Shown here in pieces: positions 28,851 to 37,757 of a stretch of DNA of 64,000 nucleotides (positions are counted from its first letter, which is position 1; each line of letters begins with the position of its first letter). The position numbers and the translations under genes are program-made. Location of the stretch: contig JAAWQR010000007.1 of assembly GCA_022800625.1 (NCBI GenBank), forward strand, positions 4,438 to 68,437, given 5' to 3'. The notes under the pieces are model-generated. The model was not told where the DNA came from and ran no database searches. It was given only the letters and a program-made list of their open reading frames with translations. This stretch comes from Clostridiales bacterium (GTDB taxonomy: Bacteria > Bacillota > Clostridia > Oscillospirales > CAG-272).

Positions 28851-28932
28851 ACAGAGCTTGCCGAATAACGGCGCAAAATATTTTTGCTCAATATAAACCA
28901 TTGCTGCTGACGCTGCGAAACGGAGAATAATT

Positions 28933-31194
28933 ATGAATGAACAAATTATGGCGGGAAGACGGCTTCGCGAAATCACAAGCGACCGCTTCACGATTGATTT
29001 CAATATGCCGAAAAGCTATCCACCGATAAAGGCCCGTCCTACCGAGGAAGGCGGAGTGCGCGACAGATTTTTTGCCGCTAAAGCCGAACTTCCCGATGAG
29101 ATTACTGTTATCAGACCGTTTAACACAGACGCGTTTGAAAGCAAAAAACACACATTTTATATAGCCGAAAACGGCTGTGACAAGGGTGACGGAACAAAAG
29201 ATTCTCCGCTTGCAACGCTTAATGAAGCCGTCAGGCGTGCAGAGAAAACGGACGGCGCGCTCATAAAATTCCGCGGCGGAAAATACAACATGAGTGAGAC
29301 AGTCCGCATCACTTCATCCCATTCGGGAAGCGAGATTTCGCCACTCATTATTACGGCTGAGGACGGAGAAGTACCGTATATTTCCGCCTCTCATACAATT
29401 CCTGCCGCAGCTTTCGTGCCTTTGACGGACGAAAATATGCTCCGACGGCTGAAATATGAAGTAAGAGACAAGGTCATTGTTGCCGACTTGAAAGCCCTCG
29501 GAATCTCAGACTATGATAAGATCGGTTTTGACGGAGCGACTCTTGAAGTAAACGGAGAGCCGCAGATAATTGCCCGCTATCCGAATGATCTTTCGGAAAT
29601 GATCCCTCTCGGAGACACCGTATACAAGCCGAATAAGCTTTCTGAGGACGACGAGTGGTCATGGGAGATCCCGATTGCCGATGATCACTGCCTTGATTGG
29701 GAGGAAAATGATCCTTGGCTCTTCGGTGCGCTCTTCCGCGAATATTTTCACAAATATGCTCAGATCAAGTGCATTGACCCTGAAAAAATGAGCATTAAGG
29801 GAGCTGACAATTTCCCGACCGATGACTTTGAGGACGGAAAGGTTGAACCGTTCCCCGGAAACCGCTACTGCTTTGTACACATATTTGAAGAGCTTGACAT
29901 GCCGGGAGAATACTATCTCGACCGCACGGACGGAAAGTTATATTATTACCCGAAAAACGGCGCTCTCACCGAGATTGACGACATACGTCTCATTACAAAA
30001 TCACTTCACATGATTGAGGTAGAAAACGCTGAAAACGTTATTATCGACAGGCTCAACATGGGAAGAAACCGCGACTCGGTAATCACGGTAAGAGACAGCC
30101 GTCAGGTACTTATCCAAAGATGCCATATATTCGGAAACTGCTCTCCCGATGCCGAGCATTTCTCGGCAATCGATATAGACGGTGGCGGCAAGTGCGGAGC
30201 AATAGCTACTGTATTTGAATATTTTACAGGTCGGGGGATCAGAATAAACGGAGGAGACCGTGCAAATCTCATACCGGCTAATAATTTTTTCCAAAACTGC
30301 ATGTTTATAAATCCGCTGTGCCGTTTCGGATCAGGCTCCGGCGGGTGCGGAAATATCATCTCACATAACTATTATCATAACACTACCCACGGAGACGGCG
30401 GTCAAAACGAAGGAATAATAGAATACAATGTTTTTGAAGGCGGCGACACCGAGGGGCACGACTCGGGAGTTATATACGTCGCGGGAGGCGGGCTTTCAAG
30501 CTGCGGAAACCACTATCGATATAACTACCTTTACGACTTTGCCGAAGCTGATTACGGAATATATTTCGATGATCTCTCCCGTGGTATGTACGCCTACGGC
30601 AACATCGTTGTAGGAAACGGAACGATCGGCGACGGCACAGAGTGGAAGTCGGGCGGACGCTCATACAACCACCACAACGGAGGCGAGCACTGCTACTACA
30701 ACAATATCAGTATTGATGCAGGCTATTTCGCATTTGGCGGAGATATTACGTATTGGCTGTTTGACGATAATTGGAATGCACTTTACAGAAGCGCCGTAGA
30801 AGCCTCACGTGACAAGAGAACCGCACACTATCTCGGAAGAAATCCAACCTACCGCGATTACTTAAAGGATCTTGACAAGTATACAGAAGACAGAAAAGAT
30901 CCGAATTATGAAGTAAAATCAGGCGCGGCTGAAAGACGGCTCCGCACACCGTGGTGCAATAACTACGAAAACAATGTTATTGTCCGTGCAGCGCGCCCGT
31001 ATAAGCTTGATAATGGCGAAGAAACGGCAACAAGCCTTGACACGAACTTTATTACAAACGACGATCCCGGATTTGCAGATTTTGAAGGACGCGACTACCG
31101 TATAAAAGCGGACGCGCCGATTTATGAAAAGATCCCCGATTTCGTACCGCCTCCGTTTGAAAAAATGGGACTCACAGACGATTTCGCCGAATAA
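28933..31194 (+). CDS. right-handed parallel beta-helix repeat protein (paralog 2), no signal peptide
   Basis: 753 aa and collinear with 26577-28850. Long identical runs include YPPIKARPT, GGVRDRFFAAKAELPDEITV, PWCNNYENNVIVRAARP and IPDFVPPPFEKMG. GGAGA RBS. Confidence 0.85.
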   Translation: MNEQIMAGRRLREITSDRFTIDFNMPKSYPPIKARPTEEGGVRDRFFAAKAELPDEITVIRPFNTDAFESKKHTFYIAENGCDKGDGTKDSPLATLNEAVRRAEKTDGALIKFRGGKYNMSETVRITSSHSGSEISPLIITAEDGEVPYISASHTIPAAAFVPLTDENMLRRLKYEVRDKVIVADLKALGISDYDKIGFDGATLEVNGEPQIIARYPNDLSEMIPLGDTVYKPNKLSEDDEWSWEIPIADDHCLDWEENDPWLFGALFREYFHKYAQIKCIDPEKMSIKGADNFPTDDFEDGKVEPFPGNRYCFVHIFEELDMPGEYYLDRTDGKLYYYPKNGALTEIDDIRLITKSLHMIEVENAENVIIDRLNMGRNRDSVITVRDSRQVLIQRCHIFGNCSPDAEHFSAIDIDGGGKCGAIATVFEYFTGRGIRINGGDRANLIPANNFFQNCMFINPLCRFGSGSGGCGNIISHNYYHNTTHGDGGQNEGIIEYNVFEGGDTEGHDSGVIYVAGGGLSSCGNHYRYNYLYDFAEADYGIYFDDLSRGMYAYGNIVVGNGTIGDGTEWKSGGRSYNHHNGGEHCYYNNISIDAGYFAFGGDITYWLFDDNWNALYRSAVEASRDKRTAHYLGRNPTYRDYLKDLDKYTEDRKDPNYEVKSGAAERRLRTPWCNNYENNVIVRAARPYKLDNGEETATSLDTNFITNDDPGFADFEGRDYRIKADAPIYEKIPDFVPPPFEKMGLTDDFAE

Positions 31195-31204
31195 ATAAAA
31201 GAAA

Positions 31205-31261
31205 TGAGATCATAAGAAGCTTTCGACTGTCCGATAAGCTTTTTATGATCTCACTTTTTTG
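31205..31261 (+). terminator. strong intrinsic terminator after beta-helix paralog 2
   Basis: 16-bp stem tgagatcataagaagc/gctttttatgatctca with 1 mismatch, followed by TTTTTT. Confidence 0.85.
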
Positions 31262-31397
31262 CGATATTTGCATTTGAATAACGCTTCCGCAAAATTCCCT
31301 ATTGTAAAATTACGCCGAATCGTGTATAATTACTTATATGTAAAAAACGCATATTAAATGGACAAAAAATGATGTTCAAAGATCAAGGAGGAGCTTC

Positions 31398-32096
31398 TTG
31401 AAAAAAGATGCAATACTCATAGCGGCAGGAAGAGGCGAACGTATGCGTCCTTTGACTCTCGAGACGCCTAAACCGCTTGTAAAGGTACACGGCCGCCCGA
31501 TGATTGAAACGATAATTGACGCGCTTCGTCTGCATGACGTCGGTCACATATATGTAGTAGTAGGATACCTCGGTGATAAATTCTCATATCTTCCCGAAAA
31601 ATACAGTGATCTTACTATTATAAAAAACACGGAATTTAATATAAAAAATAATATTTCATCTATATATGCAGTTTCAGATATTATGGGGCAAAATGACACT
31701 TTTGTCTGCGAAGCAGACCTGTATGTATCCGATCCTGCTATATTCGACGGCGTTCCCGATACATCATGCTACTTCGGAAAGATGGTACATGGACATTCGG
31801 ACGATTGGGTATTAAACCTTGACGGAAAATATATATCAAGCCTCGGAGTCGGCGGAGACGATGTATACAACATGGCAGGAATCTCTTATTTTAAAGCTGA
31901 GGACGCGGGACTTATCGCCGAAGCCGTTCGGAAAAAATACAGTGAGAGCGGACATGAACAGCTATATTGGGATGAAGTTGTAAACGAAATGCTGAATACG
32001 TTGAAGGTAACGGTTCACGCTGTCGGAGCAGATCAGATAGTCGAAATCGATTCGGTAGCGGAGCTTGCGGCAGTCGATCCTTCATACAGACAGTAA
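31398..32096 (+). CDS. licC: LicC-like nucleotidyltransferase (CTP:phosphocholine cytidylyltransferase family)
   Basis: TTG start after AAGGAGG. AILIAAGRGERMRPLT..PKPLV is the NTP-transferase motif. The C-terminal ...QLYWDEVVNEML...VEIDSV resembles pneumococcal LicC as I remember it. Confidence 0.75.
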   Translation: MKKDAILIAAGRGERMRPLTLETPKPLVKVHGRPMIETIIDALRLHDVGHIYVVVGYLGDKFSYLPEKYSDLTIIKNTEFNIKNNISSIYAVSDIMGQNDTFVCEADLYVSDPAIFDGVPDTSCYFGKMVHGHSDDWVLNLDGKYISSLGVGGDDVYNMAGISYFKAEDAGLIAEAVRKKYSESGHEQLYWDEVVNEMLNTLKVTVHAVGADQIVEIDSVAELAAVDPSYRQ

Positions 32097-32155
32097 TATA
32101 ACAAAATACCGTCAAATTACGGTTCGCATGAACTGTTTTTTGACGGTATTTTCAT

Positions 32156-32671
32156 TTATCTTGCTGTTGCGGTAATAATACCGCAGGCAATTTTCTCGCC
32201 TGCATTTCCCGAAGGCTGAGTTGTAAAATCGTCGGGAGACGAGTGGATAATAACCGTTTTTCCGATGATCTCATTCACGGTAAAACGATCTGTCAGACAT
32301 ACTGATAACGCTCTGCCGTCAGCTCCGAACAGCGGCGGTAAATCTCCCGAGTGATATGGGTGAAGACAATCATTCGGATTATAGTGCACACCCGCATCAG
32401 CGAAAAGATCCTCCATGTTTCCTGCGCATCGGCTCCCATCATGAATGTGGAATGCAAATACAGGACTTGCGCATATTCCTTCGCCTTTCGGACTGCCTTT
32501 AGGATTGCCTTTCGGCAGGTTTATAACTTCGGTGCGTACTATTACGCCGTACGGAGTCTGATAAAACAAAGATCTGCCGTGAATATCGGGATATTTACGG
32601 CTGCCGTTTATAAACGCCACAGCATCCCCACGTCTGCGAAATATGGAATTTATATCTGTAAAATGCTTCAT
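32156..32671 (-). CDS. Cu/Zn superoxide dismutase family protein, no signal peptide
   Basis: FAFHIHDGSRC, HYNPNDCLHPYHSGDLPPL, VIIHSSPDDF and GNAGEKIACGII match SodC metal-ligand spacing. The ORF is open to 32749. I prefer ATG 32671 (MKHFTD), but the start is uncertain. Confidence 0.75.
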   Translation of the reverse strand: MKHFTDINSIFRRRGDAVAFINGSRKYPDIHGRSLFYQTPYGVIVRTEVINLPKGNPKGSPKGEGICASPVFAFHIHDGSRCAGNMEDLFADAGVHYNPNDCLHPYHSGDLPPLFGADGRALSVCLTDRFTVNEIIGKTVIIHSSPDDFTTQPSGNAGEKIACGIITATAR

Positions 32672-32939
32672 GCTTATGACCATACCTTTCTGCACTTTAG
32701 CGCATACGGCGCTAAAGCAGTCGTTTGTGCCATCGTAGGAGATAGGCACAAATCATGTCTGAGATTAACTGATATGCACTCTGCACGCAGTTTATTTTTA
32801 GACTTATATCTGTTAATTTATGGATCTATCATACAGTATATGCAGAAGATCTTGTTTGGGGCTCATAGTATTTACAGTCAAAAAAACGACAAAGCATGGT
32901 TTATGTCAACTATGCCTTGTCGAACTTTTTTGTTTAATT

Positions 32940-33152
32940 TCAGCTCTCTTCTTCGGGAAGCGGATATTTTGACGCATCTATCTTGCCGTGAATTCGCTCG
33001 CTGTAATCTACATTTGTGCGAATCAAATGCAGCATATGATTGTTAAGCGATTGCTTGTCTCTTTCAGCCGCTCCGAGCAGCTTCCTGTATAGAGTTTCGT
33101 CAATTCTGACCTCAAAGGTCACTTTATTTTTTCCTGCCATATTTATGCTCAC
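32940..33152 (-). CDS. Arc/MetJ-type ribbon-helix-helix DNA-binding protein
   Basis: 70 aa. KVTFEVRIDETLYRKLLGAAERDKQSLNNHMLHLI fits a beta-strand plus two helices as in Arc-like repressors. The start could be ATG 33140. Confidence 0.65.
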   Translation of the reverse strand: MSINMAGKNKVTFEVRIDETLYRKLLGAAERDKQSLNNHMLHLIRTNVDYSERIHGKIDASKYPLPEEES

Positions 33153-33166
33153 ATCTTTCTATAAAA

Positions 33167-34027
33167 TTATTTTTGTCCGCGGCGGAGCTTTATCTGTTCT
33201 TTTAAAGCCTCTGTGCGGGAGGTAAACGTGCTCTCCAAAAGCTTATATTTGTCTCCCAAATTCGGGAAAGCTTTAAATATTTTTCTCTGCAAAAATGTCT
33301 TATTATTAAGCGAGCGGCGCGCACGGTCAAGCAGCTCCGATAGCTCTTCTGCATGAACTGCAAGTCTGTCTCCTGCGTCTCCGTATTTTTTATCTATAAG
33401 CTCCGCTGCCGCAGCACCCGCTTTTTTCAGCAGTATCGCTTCATCCGAAAGACCTGAACCAAGCTTATCTGAAACTCTGCGCAAGGCTGTCTGCGCTCTG
33501 TCTATCTTCACAAATCTGCTTCTTAGCGACGAGAGCGCAATCACAGTAACTGTAACGTCACATGCTAACAATACGCATAATACCGCAAGAATAATCACGC
33601 CGTATGTATACGGAATTTTCTCTAAGACAGACGCAATGCTCGGATGTAGAACGCGCATCAAAAGAACGCACGCAATGCCCCACAAAAGTGAGAATTTTAG
33701 GCAGACATATCCCATTATGTTAAACGGTACGTCTGAATAGTCCCACCATTTTGCATGAAAAAACCGTTCCAGCACAAACCCCGTAATAAATTCAAGGATA
33801 GATGTAAGCAAAGCCGACGCGACAAATAAGACTGCGGTGTTCTCCGTAACGGGCGTAAGGCAGGAAACCACGATCACCGCGCCGAAGCCGTAAATTGGGC
33901 ACAGCGGACCGCATAAAAATCCGCGGTTCACAAATTTACCATGACATACGGCTGCGTAAACAACCTCCGTACACCATCCGATAAAGGCGTATATTAAAAA
34001 ATACCATGTTATATAATACAAATTCAT
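33167..34027 (-). CDS. CmpB/DUF1113-type membrane protein ('ABC-transporter type IV')
   Basis: YFLIYAFIGWCTEVVYAAV..GKFVNRGFLCGPLCPIYGFGAV is the family hallmark. It also carries an extra C-terminal helical tail. Confidence 0.7.
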   Translation of the reverse strand: MNLYYITWYFLIYAFIGWCTEVVYAAVCHGKFVNRGFLCGPLCPIYGFGAVIVVSCLTPVTENTAVLFVASALLTSILEFITGFVLERFFHAKWWDYSDVPFNIMGYVCLKFSLLWGIACVLLMRVLHPSIASVLEKIPYTYGVIILAVLCVLLACDVTVTVIALSSLRSRFVKIDRAQTALRRVSDKLGSGLSDEAILLKKAGAAAAELIDKKYGDAGDRLAVHAEELSELLDRARRSLNNKTFLQRKIFKAFPNLGDKYKLLESTFTSRTEALKEQIKLRRGQK

Positions 34028-34057
34028 ATCACTTTACGTTATGCCGTCTCACGGCTG

Positions 34058-35380
34058 TCACTTATTTTCCGATTTCTCAGTCTTATTTGCTGTATCCTCA
34101 GCAGAGTTATCATTCATTGCCGAAACATCGTCTTCGGTTAGGATAGGCATGTCTCCGCGTTCGGGAAGCACGGGAGTATTTATGTAATATTCCGTGTCAA
34201 TCGGCGCACCCTTCTTTTTAAGTCTGTATTCCGTAAATTGACGCATCAGAGCGCAAATAACCGCTCCCGCCGGTACGCCGAACACCATTCCCGGAAGTCC
34301 GAAAAATCCGCTCGCCACAGTCAATGATATAAGAACGGCAAGCGAGCTCATTCCCGTAGAGTCTCCGATAATTTTAGGTCCTATTATATTGCCGTCAAGC
34401 TGTTGAATCACAAGTACTATTATAAGAAACCATATCGTTTTGCCGGGCGATGCAATAAATACGATAAACGCGCTCGGAATAGCTCCGATAAACGGACCAA
34501 AGAACGGAATCACATTAGTTACGCCGATAATCACGCTGATAAGCGGAGGAAACGGCATTCGGAATACCGTCAGTACAATAAATGTGAGCAGTCCGATTAT
34601 TACCGAATCAATAATCTTTGCGATGATAAAGCCGCCGAAGGTACGGTCAGTGTATCTTGTAAGACTGATTACATTGAGATATGTACGGTCGGGCAAAACC
34701 GCATTGAAAAATTTCTTTATTCCTGCGCACAGGCGCTCCTTCGAGAAAAGAAAGTATACTGCAATGATAAATCCCATCACGATGTTTTTCATCTCGATGA
34801 CTATTCGTCCGCCGTACTCAAACAGATAATTTACCACTCTCTCAAGCAGATCGTAAGAATTTGAAATAATCTCCTTAATATCGGTCGTCAGTTCATTTAC
34901 ATCAATGAAGTCTCCGAGATTTTCATACCGCCCGTTAAAAAGCGGGAATCTTCTGACAAAAGCATCGGCATATGACTGAGCTGCCGAAATATAGTGTCCG
35001 ATCTGACTTTCAAGCTCATTGTAGCTTGCCGCGATCTGAGGCAAAACGATCATGAAAAAGAGCGTCAGAAAAAGAATGACACTGATAACTGTTAAAAGTA
35101 ACGAAGACGGACGACGCAGCTTATCCGCAAGCTTTTTATGCTTTACGGACAGACGTTTAAATGAAAACAAACGGCGTTCATAAAGCTTCATCAGCGGATT
35201 GAACAAATATGCAAAAATAAATCCGTAAACAAGCGGTGCGCAGACTTTTGTAAACAGATCGACCGCCGCAAAAAATACGCTCAGATGGGTAAGAGAAAGA
35301 TATACCACAACAGCGGCTGACAAAGCCACCGCTATATAAAACGCCGCAGATTTATATTTGCCGTTCTTTTTATAAAACAA
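34058..35380 (-). CDS. AI-2E family transporter (PerM/UPF0118)
   Basis: 440-aa polytopic protein. VTNVIPFFGPFIGAIPSAFIVF and QQLDGNIIGPKIIGDSTGMSSL are typical of the family. Confidence 0.85.
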   Translation of the reverse strand: MFYKKNGKYKSAAFYIAVALSAAVVVYLSLTHLSVFFAAVDLFTKVCAPLVYGFIFAYLFNPLMKLYERRLFSFKRLSVKHKKLADKLRRPSSLLLTVISVILFLTLFFMIVLPQIAASYNELESQIGHYISAAQSYADAFVRRFPLFNGRYENLGDFIDVNELTTDIKEIISNSYDLLERVVNYLFEYGGRIVIEMKNIVMGFIIAVYFLFSKERLCAGIKKFFNAVLPDRTYLNVISLTRYTDRTFGGFIIAKIIDSVIIGLLTFIVLTVFRMPFPPLISVIIGVTNVIPFFGPFIGAIPSAFIVFIASPGKTIWFLIIVLVIQQLDGNIIGPKIIGDSTGMSSLAVLISLTVASGFFGLPGMVFGVPAGAVICALMRQFTEYRLKKKGAPIDTEYYINTPVLPERGDMPILTEDDVSAMNDNSAEDTANKTEKSENK

Positions 35381-35811
35381 TTCCCCAAATTCCCCTTTCT
35401 TTCATTACACTGCATTTTATGTATATATTATACTCTATTAAGCTTCGCCTTTCAATAGATGCAGCGATTTTTATACTGATAAGCAAAAAACAGTGTCAGA
35501 GAGTATTTGCAATTGATTTTGGTTATATCACTTATTTTATGTGCGTCTTAGATTTCCTGAATCGTATCTTTTAGCATTATGGCTTCAGAGAAAATCCCAC
35601 CCCATATAAATTACGTTATGTCGGATAATTATTATAAATATGCGGTATATTAAAGCAATTTAGAATGCTTAGCGGAGGAAATCTGCATTATATGAAGATT
35701 TCACGAAAAATTCACAATTGCACATAAGGGTGAAAAACATACGAAAACATTAGAAAATCAAAGATTTTGCATATGTAAATCAAAGTCACGAGATTTTTTT
35801 AAAAAAGACTC

Positions 35812-35840
35812 TTGACGCTGCGTACCGAATGTGATATAAT
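35812..35840 (+). promoter_or_regulatory. rplM-rpsI promoter
   Basis: TTGACG (35812-35817), 17 nt, TATAAT (35835-35840), with an extended -10 TG at 35832-35833. Confidence 0.75.
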
Positions 35841-35885
35841 TTTACACGTTCGAGAAAAACATAAATCTATTCGGAGGAAGTTGTA

Positions 35886-36320
35886 ATGTCAACTTATATG
35901 GCAAAAAAAGAAACCGTAACCCGCGGTTGGTATATTATTGACGCCGCAGGCAAGCCGCTCGGTAAAACAGCCGCAGCTGCTGCTTCGATTCTTCGCGGTA
36001 AGCACCGCCCGGAGTTTACACCCAATGTTGATTGCGGTGAGTTTGTAGTTATCATCAATTGTGATAAAGCAAAACTAACAGGTAAGAAGCTTGATCAGAA
36101 GTTCTATCGTACTCATTCCGGCTATATCGGCGGATTGAAAGAAACAAGCTACCGTAAACTCATGCAGACAAAACCTGAGCTTGCAATGGAGCTTGCAGTT
36201 AAGGGAATGCTCCCGAAAAACTCTATCGGTGACAAAGCGATCACACGCCTGAAGGCATATGCAGGCGATAACCACCGTCAGCAGGCTCAGAAGCCTGTTG
36301 CATACGAAGTGGAAATGTAA
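35886..36320 (+). CDS. rplM: 50S ribosomal protein L13
   Basis: 144 aa. [18 protein letters not shown]...[11 protein letters not shown] is canonical L13. Confidence 0.97.
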   Translation: MSTYMAKKETVTRGWYIIDAAGKPLGKTAAAAASILRGKHRPEFTPNVDCGEFVVIINCDKAKLTGKKLDQKFYRTHSGYIGGLKETSYRKLMQTKPELAMELAVKGMLPKNSIGDKAITRLKAYAGDNHRQQAQKPVAYEVEM

Positions 36321-36340
36321 GAAAGGAACGGGTATAAACA

Positions 36341-36742
36341 ATGTATACAAGCGCTAAACCTTATTTTTACGGCACAGGCAGAAGAAAAAGTTCTGTTGCA
36401 CGCGTACGCCTTTATCCCGGATCCGGTTCTATAACGGTTAACGGACGCGACATAGACGATTATTTTGGTCTTGAGACTCTTAAACTTATAATGAACCAGC
36501 CTTTTGGTGTTACTAATACTGTCGGCAAGTTTGATGTTGTTGTAAACGTAAAAGGCGGCGGTGTTTCCGGTCAGGCGGGTGCTATCCGTCACGGAATCGC
36601 ACGTGCTCTTCTGCTCGCTGACGAGACATACAGACCTGCACTCAAGAAAGCCGGGTTCCTGACTCGTGACCCGAGAATGAAGGAAAGAAAGAAATACGGA
36701 CTCAAAGCTGCACGCCGTGCAAGCCAGTTCTCAAAGAGATAA
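36341..36742 (+). CDS. rpsI: 30S ribosomal protein S9
   Basis: 133 aa. [13 protein letters not shown]...[19 protein letters not shown]...[17 protein letters not shown] is canonical S9. Confidence 0.97.
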   Translation: MYTSAKPYFYGTGRRKSSVARVRLYPGSGSITVNGRDIDDYFGLETLKLIMNQPFGVTNTVGKFDVVVNVKGGGVSGQAGAIRHGIARALLLADETYRPALKKAGFLTRDPRMKERKKYGLKAARRASQFSKR

Positions 36743-36759
36743 TTGCTTTCAAAAACAAG

Positions 36760-36794
36760 ACTCCTGCAATGCCTTATTTTGCAGGAGTTTTTTG
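36760..36794 (+). terminator. intrinsic terminator after rpsI
   Basis: Stem actcctgca/tgcaggagt followed by TTTTTTG. Confidence 0.85.
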
Positions 36795-36921
36795 TATTTT
36801 AACGTAGAGTCAGCCGGAAATAAACTTGCGGGGATACCGCGGTATATAAAGACTTAAATATTATGGTTTTGCATAGATCATTAAAAAAATTGCTACTTTG
36901 CTTAATAATAGTAAGGTATGG

Positions 36922-36965
36922 TTATCCGATATTTTTTTATCATTAAATAAAAAAATATCGGATAA
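36922..36965. repeat. perfect 19-bp inverted repeat with a 6-nt spacer
   Basis: ttatccgatatttttttat (36922-36940), cattaa, ataaaaaaatatcggataa (36947-36965). I checked it base by base. Confidence 0.9.
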
Positions 36966-37009
36966 AATGTAAATTCCAAAATTTTCCTGTATAAAGTAGT
37001 CGAAGCTCA

Positions 37010-37038
37010 TTGACAGAGCTGCCGTCTTGTGATACAAT
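37010..37038 (+). promoter_or_regulatory. sigma-A promoter for the 54-aa ORF
   Basis: TTGACA (37010-37015), 17 nt, TACAAT (37033-37038), with an extended -10 TG at 37030-37031. Confidence 0.65.
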
Positions 37039-37057
37039 AAAAGCGTTGCAAATGTCA

Positions 37058-37100
37058 GAACGATTGTTCAATAATTGTTCTGATTTAATTAATATTGTTC
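37058..37100. promoter_or_regulatory. operator-like cluster: GAAC-N4-GTTC box plus three direct ATTGTTC repeats
   Basis: GAACGATTGTTC lies at 37058-37069, about 20 nt downstream of the -10. ATTGTTC occurs at 37063-37069, 37074-37080 and 37094-37100. Confidence 0.45.
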
Positions 37101-37196
37101 TTCGTAAGCGGAGGGGCTTGCACAATAACCTCAATATAACATTCAGCAAACACGATATCTATTTCATTATGAGCGCAAAACTAAAGGAGAGCGACA

Positions 37197-37361
37197 ATGG
37201 ATAACAGATTTGATGAACAAAGCTTTTTAAAAAATGAAGTTTCGTTAATTAATCAAAAAGAATACTCGCCTAACGAGTTATTTAAGCTTGCGCGCGAATT
37301 GCTGACGCAAGATCAGATCAGAGAAGTTATTGCTTATCTTCGGAATCGGCTAAGTACTTAA
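37197..37361 (+). CDS. unannotated 54-aa hypothetical protein
   Basis: AAGGAGA (37184-37190) with a 6-nt spacer to ATG. MDNRFDEQSFLKNEVSLINQKEYSPNELFKLARELLTQDQIREVIAYLRNRLST-stop. It is below the ORF-track cutoff. Its 3' end overlaps the convergent XRE gene by 35 nt. Confidence 0.5.
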   Translation: MDNRFDEQSFLKNEVSLINQKEYSPNELFKLARELLTQDQIREVIAYLRNRLST

Positions 37362-37674
37362 TATATTTGAGCGCCTCCTTGCGAAGCTTTGGGGAGGATT
37401 TTTTAAGCAAAGAATACAGTTCCTTGTCTATGTCTGACATAGAAGTTACGTGGAACTCTTTTTCTTTATCGTTACTTTTTTCTGTAAGATGTTCAACGGA
37501 TACGCCGAAATAGTCGGCTATTTTTTTTATGGAAGTATCACGGGGATACGCTCCGTTTTTCCACCCTGTAACGGAACCGGAAGAAATTCCCAATTCTTTA
37601 GCTACAGGATTAGGCTTTTTCTTATGTTCATTGCATAGCTTAATGAAATTATTCCAAAAAATATTTTCACTCAT
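37327..37674 (-). CDS. XRE-family HTH protein (115 aa)
   Basis: PNPVAKELGISSGSVTGWKNGAYPRDTSIKKIADYFGVSVEHL is an HTH_3-like core, followed by a charged C-terminal helical tail. Confidence 0.8.
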   Translation of the reverse strand: MSENIFWNNFIKLCNEHKKKPNPVAKELGISSGSVTGWKNGAYPRDTSIKKIADYFGVSVEHLTEKSNDKEKEFHVTSMSDIDKELYSLLKKSSPKLRKEALKYIKYLADSEDKQ

Positions 37675-37757
37675 TATGTATTGTTATCTTCCTCTCTTTT
37701 GAGTATTAATAATTTTAGTCAAAAGACTTGTTTTTAAGTAAAAAATGGAATTTATTG

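Noticed and set aside
27828-29003. Minus-strand ORFs of 199 and 188 aa inside and between the beta-helix genes.
   Set aside because: They are shadow ORFs. The V/C/S-rich translations have no motifs, and the plus-strand genes are strongly supported by paralogy.
36943-37204. Track ORFs 36943-37149 (minus strand) and 37010-37204 (plus strand) in the islet.
   Set aside because: They overlap the inverted repeat and the promoter/operator region, and they lack an RBS. AT-rich DNA gives chance ORFs. The RBS-supported 54-aa ORF at 37197 is the better call.
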